64,000 bases of DNA from assembly GCA_031292575.1 (NCBI GenBank), contig JARLGX010000008.1, positions 88,028 through 152,027 of the forward strand. The letters are read 5' to 3'. The notes below the pieces were generated by a model. The model did no database searches. It was not told where the DNA came from and worked only from the letters and a program-made list of their open reading frames with translations. A program made the position numbers and the translations under genes. Positions within the stretch are counted from its first letter, which is position 1, and each line of letters starts with the position of its first letter. Below are positions 59,255-64,000 of this stretch, in pieces. The DNA comes from Paludibacter sp. (GTDB lineage: Bacteria > Bacteroidota > Bacteroidia > Bacteroidales > Paludibacteraceae).

Positions 59255-59950
59255 TTAAACGGCAAAATATGCTTCCAATTCCTTCAAAGTATCTGAATTT
59301 GTATTCAAATCTTTTACAATTTTTCCTTTTTCAAGAACCACAATGCGTTTGCAAACTTCTGTCACATGGTTCAAATCATGACTCGAGATCAACATTGTCA
59401 TATTGAACTGATTTTGCAAATCGGTAAGAAACCGTTTCAAACGAATTTGAGATGAAGGGTCAAGCGCCGTAAAAGGTTCGTCCAAAATTAGTATTTTTGG
59501 ATCGCCAATAAGTGCCGCCGCAATACCAATCTTCTTTTGGTTTCCTTTTGAAAAATCACGAATTAGCTTTTTCGAACCAAGTATTTCGTCGTTGAAAAAA
59601 TCTTTCATTGAATCCAAGAACACAGCAATGTCGCCTTCCGATTTCTGATACAATTTTCCAACGAAGCTAAAATACTCCTCAGTTGTGAGAAAGTCTATCA
59701 AAAAACCTTCATCCAAAAATGAACCAGTCAATGTTTTCCAAGCATCATTACGCTCAACTTTTTGATTATCAATCTTCACTTCACCTGATGTTGCTTCAAT
59801 CAAATCAAGAATAAGCCTGAAAAAAGTGGTTTTTCCTGCTCCATTATTTCCCACTAAACCAAAACTTTCACCTTGTTGAATTATTAATTCAGGGATATTC
59901 AAAACGGTTACACCGTTGTAAGCTTTTTGTAAATCTGTTACTTGAATCAT
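59255..59950 (-). CDS. ABC transporter ATP-binding protein
   Basis: 231-aa ORF with Walker A (GNNGAGKTT), signature-like FSKGNQKK and Walker B (ILILDEP). Confidence 0.92.
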   Translation of the reverse strand: MIQVTDLQKAYNGVTVLNIPELIIQQGESFGLVGNNGAGKTTFFRLILDLIEATSGEVKIDNQKVERNDAWKTLTGSFLDEGFLIDFLTTEEYFSFVGKLYQKSEGDIAVFLDSMKDFFNDEILGSKKLIRDFSKGNQKKIGIAAALIGDPKILILDEPFTALDPSSQIRLKRFLTDLQNQFNMTMLISSHDLNHVTEVCKRIVVLEKGKIVKDLNTNSDTLKELEAYFAV

Positions 59951-59994
59951 AACATTATTAATTATTAGTTGTTAATTGTCAATTATTAGTTACT

Positions 59995-61479
59995 TTACTC
60001 GCCTTCTCTAAATCCCTCAGCCATTAAATATTTTCTTCGGTTAAACTGATTCACACAGAGTGTGATAAGTTGTTTTCGGAACAAAATTCCCAACAGTCCT
60101 AAAATAGTCAGCGTCCATAAAGCTATATTCATTGAAGCTAATGACGATAAAACTCCTACAATTATCATGGGTAAAAACATTAATGGTAGTACAATCAGAA
60201 AATTTTTATAAGTTGTGCCCTGATAATTCATTGCAGACGATTTAGATAAATCAAGTTTACGCGTGTTATAGGTGGCAAAAAACAAAAGCAAATAAATGTT
60301 TACCCCCATATTAAAAATAAAAGCAGCCAAATGCATATAAACGATTTTCATTCCAAATAAAAAATAAGGAGTAGTCAACACAAAACAAATCACATTAAAC
60401 GCTATAAGCAAGTAATAATTTGCATTCAGATACGTACGTACCGGAATATTTTTGGTCATCAAACTATCGAAATGAGAACTATCCCAACTAATTATCCATT
60501 GTCCAAACATTAGCATCAACAAACCAGTCATAAACATGGCTACAAAAAATAGCAAGCCATTACTGTTTGCATACTCTTTCCGGGTATAAAACATTAATCC
60601 GTAAAGCAAAAAGAAACCAGACATATACAAAATACTTTTTGTTCGTTTATGCCTGAGAATCAGTTTTAATTCCAACCCAATAATTTCTCCTATAACTCCA
60701 AAGCGATTTAAAAACGACAAATCAGTTGCCACTGTTTTATCTCCTTTAATTTTACTGTTAAAATTTTCAGGATAGTAATTTTGTGAGAAAAACCATTTAT
60801 TCAATACGAAAACCAAACCAACTAAAATCAGTGGCAAAATTAATCCGAACGGGTTCAGAACAATAAAGTTATAAAGTATACCCGAGTAATGGAAGAGTGA
60901 AAACAACTTGAAGTATTCTAAAGCAACAATACCTGCCAGTGCAAGGATTATTATAAGACCAGTAAGTAAGCCTGAACCGAATTTTCGCTTCAAAAATGAA
61001 GCCATCAGGGAGTCAAACCAAATAAGGAAAACAAAACTTATTACAAACCGGATTGCCACCGATACGCCGTAATACCCTACCACAGATTTAATCGAAAACG
61101 GTATTACAACCAACAATAAAAAATAATTTACAGGACTTGTGAGTGGTTTCAACATTAAAAAGTTAACCAGCAAAGACCGTTTTATTGGCAACACCTGATA
61201 AGGTGGTAAATTAAATGTATTTAGTTGCTGCATTAAAAAACGAATTGCCAACCCAAACAACATTAAATACAACATTGCACCATTGAATAATTCCATAGGG
61301 TTTAATTTGTTATCAGCTTTTTCAAGAATTTCATTCAATGAAAAGCCCAAAAACAACAAAACAACCGCCATATAAAGAGCAAAAAAACCAAGCATTATAC
61401 TTACAGCCAGATTCTTATAAAATCCCTGCGCCCTAATGCTCTTTTTCCATTCTTGCTTTACTAAGTTCAGTATCAACAT
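59995..61479 (-). CDS. Polytopic membrane protein, probable permease partner of the downstream ABC ATPase (DUF5687-like)
   Basis: 494-aa ORF with about 12 TM helices, 44 bp upstream of the ATPase gene on the same strand. The family name is from memory of the architecture only. Confidence 0.5.
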   Translation of the reverse strand: MLILNLVKQEWKKSIRAQGFYKNLAVSIMLGFFALYMAVVLLFLGFSLNEILEKADNKLNPMELFNGAMLYLMLFGLAIRFLMQQLNTFNLPPYQVLPIKRSLLVNFLMLKPLTSPVNYFLLLVVIPFSIKSVVGYYGVSVAIRFVISFVFLIWFDSLMASFLKRKFGSGLLTGLIIILALAGIVALEYFKLFSLFHYSGILYNFIVLNPFGLILPLILVGLVFVLNKWFFSQNYYPENFNSKIKGDKTVATDLSFLNRFGVIGEIIGLELKLILRHKRTKSILYMSGFFLLYGLMFYTRKEYANSNGLLFFVAMFMTGLLMLMFGQWIISWDSSHFDSLMTKNIPVRTYLNANYYLLIAFNVICFVLTTPYFLFGMKIVYMHLAAFIFNMGVNIYLLLFFATYNTRKLDLSKSSAMNYQGTTYKNFLIVLPLMFLPMIIVGVLSSLASMNIALWTLTILGLLGILFRKQLITLCVNQFNRRKYLMAEGFREGE

Positions 61480-61588
61480 AGATTTTAATTTTAATTCGCT
61501 TTAAAAACGCCAAAGTTAATAAATAATTTTAGATTGACAATTAACTTAAACAAAAAAAATAATAAATTTCCTGACTGATTGAATTCTT

Positions 61589-62131
61589 CTATTTAGAGCC
61601 ACCAAGAATTTCATCTTCTTCCTTAAACCAACCGGCATACATAGCATAGTTATGTGCAATTTTGCGGTTCATTTCATTGGTTTGTTCCGGCTCAACAGCC
61701 TTTACAAGTTTGGCCGGAACACCTGCCCAAAGTGTATAGGGTGGAATTTTTGTATTACTTAGTACCAATGCTCCGGCAGCGACAATTGCCCCCTCACCTA
61801 TCTCGGCATAGTCGAGCAAAATTGCTCCCATACCAATGAGCGCATAATTATTAATTTTAGCTCCATGAACGGTTACATTATGCCCGATAGAAACATAATC
61901 GCCAATTTCCAACGTCGATTTTTCGTACAAAGTATGTAACACCGAACCATCCTGTATATTTACATGATTACCAATTCTAATGGAGTTTACATCCCCCCGC
62001 AATACAGTGTTAAACCAAATACTGCATCCCTCGCCCATAATCACATCACCAATCACTGTTGCATTCTCTGCCAAAAAGCAGTCTTTTCCAATTTGCGGAG
62101 TAAATCCCCGTACCGATTTTATTAATGCCAT
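61589..62131 (-). CDS. Gamma carbonic anhydrase family (hexapeptide-repeat) protein
   Basis: 180-aa ORF with left-handed beta-helix hexapeptide repeats and the His pattern SVLH...IGHNVTVHGA typical of YrdA/PaaY-like proteins. Confidence 0.85.
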   Translation of the reverse strand: MALIKSVRGFTPQIGKDCFLAENATVIGDVIMGEGCSIWFNTVLRGDVNSIRIGNHVNIQDGSVLHTLYEKSTLEIGDYVSIGHNVTVHGAKINNYALIGMGAILLDYAEIGEGAIVAAGALVLSNTKIPPYTLWAGVPAKLVKAVEPEQTNEMNRKIAHNYAMYAGWFKEEDEILGGSK

Positions 62132-62231
62132 ACTTTATTTATTTTTAATTATTTGATTTTTATTTTATCCTACATAGCGGATTGACTGCAAAAATACTCC
62201 AAATATTTACTACAATTGTCATTTATAAAAA

Positions 62232-62261
62232 CAAAAAAACCGCTTCGAATAACGAAACGGT
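62232..62261 (-). terminator. Terminator of sodC
   Basis: Hairpin ACCGCTTCG/CGAAACGGT. The single mispair becomes a G-U pair only in the minus-strand transcript, where a T-run follows the hairpin. Confidence 0.6.
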
Positions 62262-62291
62262 CATTTGTAAAAGAATTCAAATCTATTGTTT

Positions 62292-62855
62292 TTATTTCCC
62301 TATACCAATTACGCCACAAGCAACTCTTGCTCCCGAATTTCCGGTTGGTTGCGTTTTCATATCATCTTCGTCTTTATGAACAACCACCGAGCGACCAATA
62401 ATAGATTTCATTCCAAAAAACGAAATATCTGCATCAACGTATTCCAAATGTGCTTTTCCATTACTATCTGCCACAATGTTACCCATATCTCCTGCATGAT
62501 GCATCGATCCCATTGGGGAACCATGCTCCATCTTTGTCGGGTTGAAGTGTCCACCTGCAGATGTTCCATCAGGTGCTGTACAATCACCGTATTCATGTAT
62601 ATGAATACCATGTTTACCAGGTGTTAATCCTTCCAAATCTGCAACAACTTTAATGCCTCCTTCAACTTTTGTAAAAGTCACAACACCTTTAACATCGTTA
62701 CCCACAGTAGGGTATAAAACGCAAACTGCACTATTTATCATATGATTCATAGCATCCATGTGCTTACTTTTCATATTATCCATTGACTGTGCAGCAATAT
62801 TTACAGAAATTGCTGCAAATACTAGTAGAATAATTATAGCTTTAATTTGTTTCAT
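62292..62855 (-). CDS. sodC: Periplasmic Cu,Zn superoxide dismutase
   Basis: 187-aa ORF with a signal peptide and HGIHIHEYGDC, GGHFNP and GNSGARVACGVIG motifs. Confidence 0.93.
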   Translation of the reverse strand: MKQIKAIIILLVFAAISVNIAAQSMDNMKSKHMDAMNHMINSAVCVLYPTVGNDVKGVVTFTKVEGGIKVVADLEGLTPGKHGIHIHEYGDCTAPDGTSAGGHFNPTKMEHGSPMGSMHHAGDMGNIVADSNGKAHLEYVDADISFFGMKSIIGRSVVVHKDEDDMKTQPTGNSGARVACGVIGIGK

Positions 62856-63008
62856 AATTTTGTGTATTAATTATACGATTATTATTTAATCTCAAAAGTT
62901 ATTTATGCTTCAAATAACAAACTAAAATTGAGAATGTTCGGAATTCATTTTGGGAACATTAAATTTTAGATTTTTAAATATATTTATTAATTTATTTTTA
63001 CTGATTGG

Positions 63009-63048
63009 AAAACAAAACAGGTCGGATTTCTTTATGAAATCCGACCTG
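63009..63048 (-). terminator. Terminator of the frd/sdh operon
   Basis: 13-bp perfect stem CAGGTCGGATTTC/GAAATCCGACCTG, with a T-rich tract downstream on the minus strand. Confidence 0.7.
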
Positions 63049-63088
63049 ATATTTTTAAACAAATGTAATGTTTAAATTATTAAAACAA

Positions 63089-63844
63089 TTAGTCTTTGAA
63101 TTTTGCACTCAGGAATTCTCTATTCAAACGGGCTATGTGCGAAATGGAAACATTTTTGGGGCATTCTGCTTCGCAAGCACCTGTATTGGTACAGTTCCCA
63201 AATCCAAGTTCGTCCATTTTAGCTACCATTAATTTAGCACGGTGGGCGGCTTCAACTCTACCTTGTGGAAGTAATGCCAACTGACTTACTTTGGCTGCAA
63301 CAAATAACATTGCCGAACCATTTTTACAAGTAGCAGCACAAGCACCACAACCGATACACGAAGCAGCATCCATCGCTTCGTCTGCATCAACTTTAGAAAT
63401 TGGAATGGCATTACCATCAGGTACACCACCCGTGTTTACTGACACGAAACCACCAGCCTGAATAATTTTATCATAAGCACCACGATCTACCATCAAATCA
63501 CGGATAACCGGGAATGCGGCAGAACGCCAAGGCTCAACCGTGATCGTTTCGCCATCTTTAAAATTACGCATATGAAGCTGACAAGTTGTAATTTCTCCGT
63601 CGGGTCCATGTGGGTGTCCATTGATAAACATACTGCACATACCGCAGATACCTTCACGGCAGTCATGATCAAAAGCTATCGGTTCTTTACGTTCGTTGAT
63701 TAATTGTTCATTAAGTACATCCATCATTTCGAGGAATGAACTATCTGTGGAAACATTATCTAATTTATAGGTCTCGAATTTACCTTTAACTTTCGGACCT
63801 GCTTGACGCCAAATTTTTAGCGTTACGTTTATACTTTTTTCCAT
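63089..63844 (-). CDS. frdB: Succinate dehydrogenase/fumarate reductase iron-sulfur subunit
   Basis: 251-aa ORF with Fe-S cysteine clusters [20 protein letters not shown] and [12 protein letters not shown]. Confidence 0.92.
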   Translation of the reverse strand: MEKSINVTLKIWRQAGPKVKGKFETYKLDNVSTDSSFLEMMDVLNEQLINERKEPIAFDHDCREGICGMCSMFINGHPHGPDGEITTCQLHMRNFKDGETITVEPWRSAAFPVIRDLMVDRGAYDKIIQAGGFVSVNTGGVPDGNAIPISKVDADEAMDAASCIGCGACAATCKNGSAMLFVAAKVSQLALLPQGRVEAAHRAKLMVAKMDELGFGNCTNTGACEAECPKNVSISHIARLNREFLSAKFKD

Positions 63845-63855
63845 TGATCTAGTAG

Positions 63856-64000
63856 TTACGATTTATAATTTCTTTGTTGACGGTGGATAAATTCATAATC
63901 TAATGCTTCTTTAAGCAATTCAGGTTCGTTTCCTTCGCCTGTAAATTTCCAACAAGAAGCAAATGAGAATTCCTCGTCGTTGCGCAGTGCCTCACCTTCG
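63856..64000 (-). CDS. frdA: Succinate dehydrogenase/fumarate reductase flavoprotein subunit, C-terminal 47 codons (the rest lies outside the window)
   Basis: The minus-strand frame is open from the window edge to a stop at 63856-63858. The translation is ...[47 protein letters not shown]. It ends 12 bp upstream of frdB, the usual position of the flavoprotein gene. Confidence 0.7.
   Translation of the reverse strand, partial: EGEALRNDEEFSFASCWKFTGEGNEPELLKEALDYEFIHRQQRNYKS

Overview
AT-rich chromosomal segment that looks Bacteroidota: TAnnTTTG -7 promoter boxes, a SusC/SusD pair, lipoprotein lipoboxes and a T9SS C-terminal sorting domain. I can support about 48 protein-coding genes (two of them disrupted) and one tRNA-Gly(CCC), plus hairpin terminators and several repeat arrays. 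I found no rRNA, CRISPR array, transposase, integrase, phage gene or recognisable defence system.

Content from left to right:
- gap and a ComEA-like gene.
- A four-gene minus-strand operon: DUF2723 GT-C transferase, CE4 deacetylase, DUF2851 protein and an Ig-like lipoprotein.
- A second, tandem DUF2723 paralogue.
- A tautomerase, a YncE-propeller/phosphoesterase fusion, ppc, and small hydrolase and redoxin genes.
- A frameshifted membrane HTH regulator and ptb.
- An envelope neighbourhood: lpxB, surE, a GldF-like permease, a PagL-like hydrolase, a DUF4105/Lnb-like protein and kdsB.
- A LacI-controlled starch/maltodextrin locus made of two divergent operons. The first runs lacI, a four-helix-bundle gene, MFS, a truncated GH65, GH13, DUF4153, GH13 and DMP19. 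The second runs susC, susD, susE-like and a T9SS-secreted GH13.
- An S41 peptidase, dCMP deaminase, an Mpl-like ligase, an MBL hydrolase, an ABC pair, a gamma-carbonic anhydrase, sodC and frdB/frdA.

Items most worth a second look:
1. The DUF2723 (TMEM260-like) operon ends in a lipoprotein carrying 16 copies of the Bacteroidetes O-glycosylation sequon.
2. The two DUF2723 paralogues show mosaic, near-identical gene-conversion tracts.
3. An orphan array of about 7.7 copies of a 42-bp hairpin unit sits between two convergent terminators.
4. The four-helix-bundle gene is bracketed by inverted GTTTCRT heptad arrays, inside the maltodextrin operon.

All domain and family calls come from motif recognition by eye. 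No database search was run.
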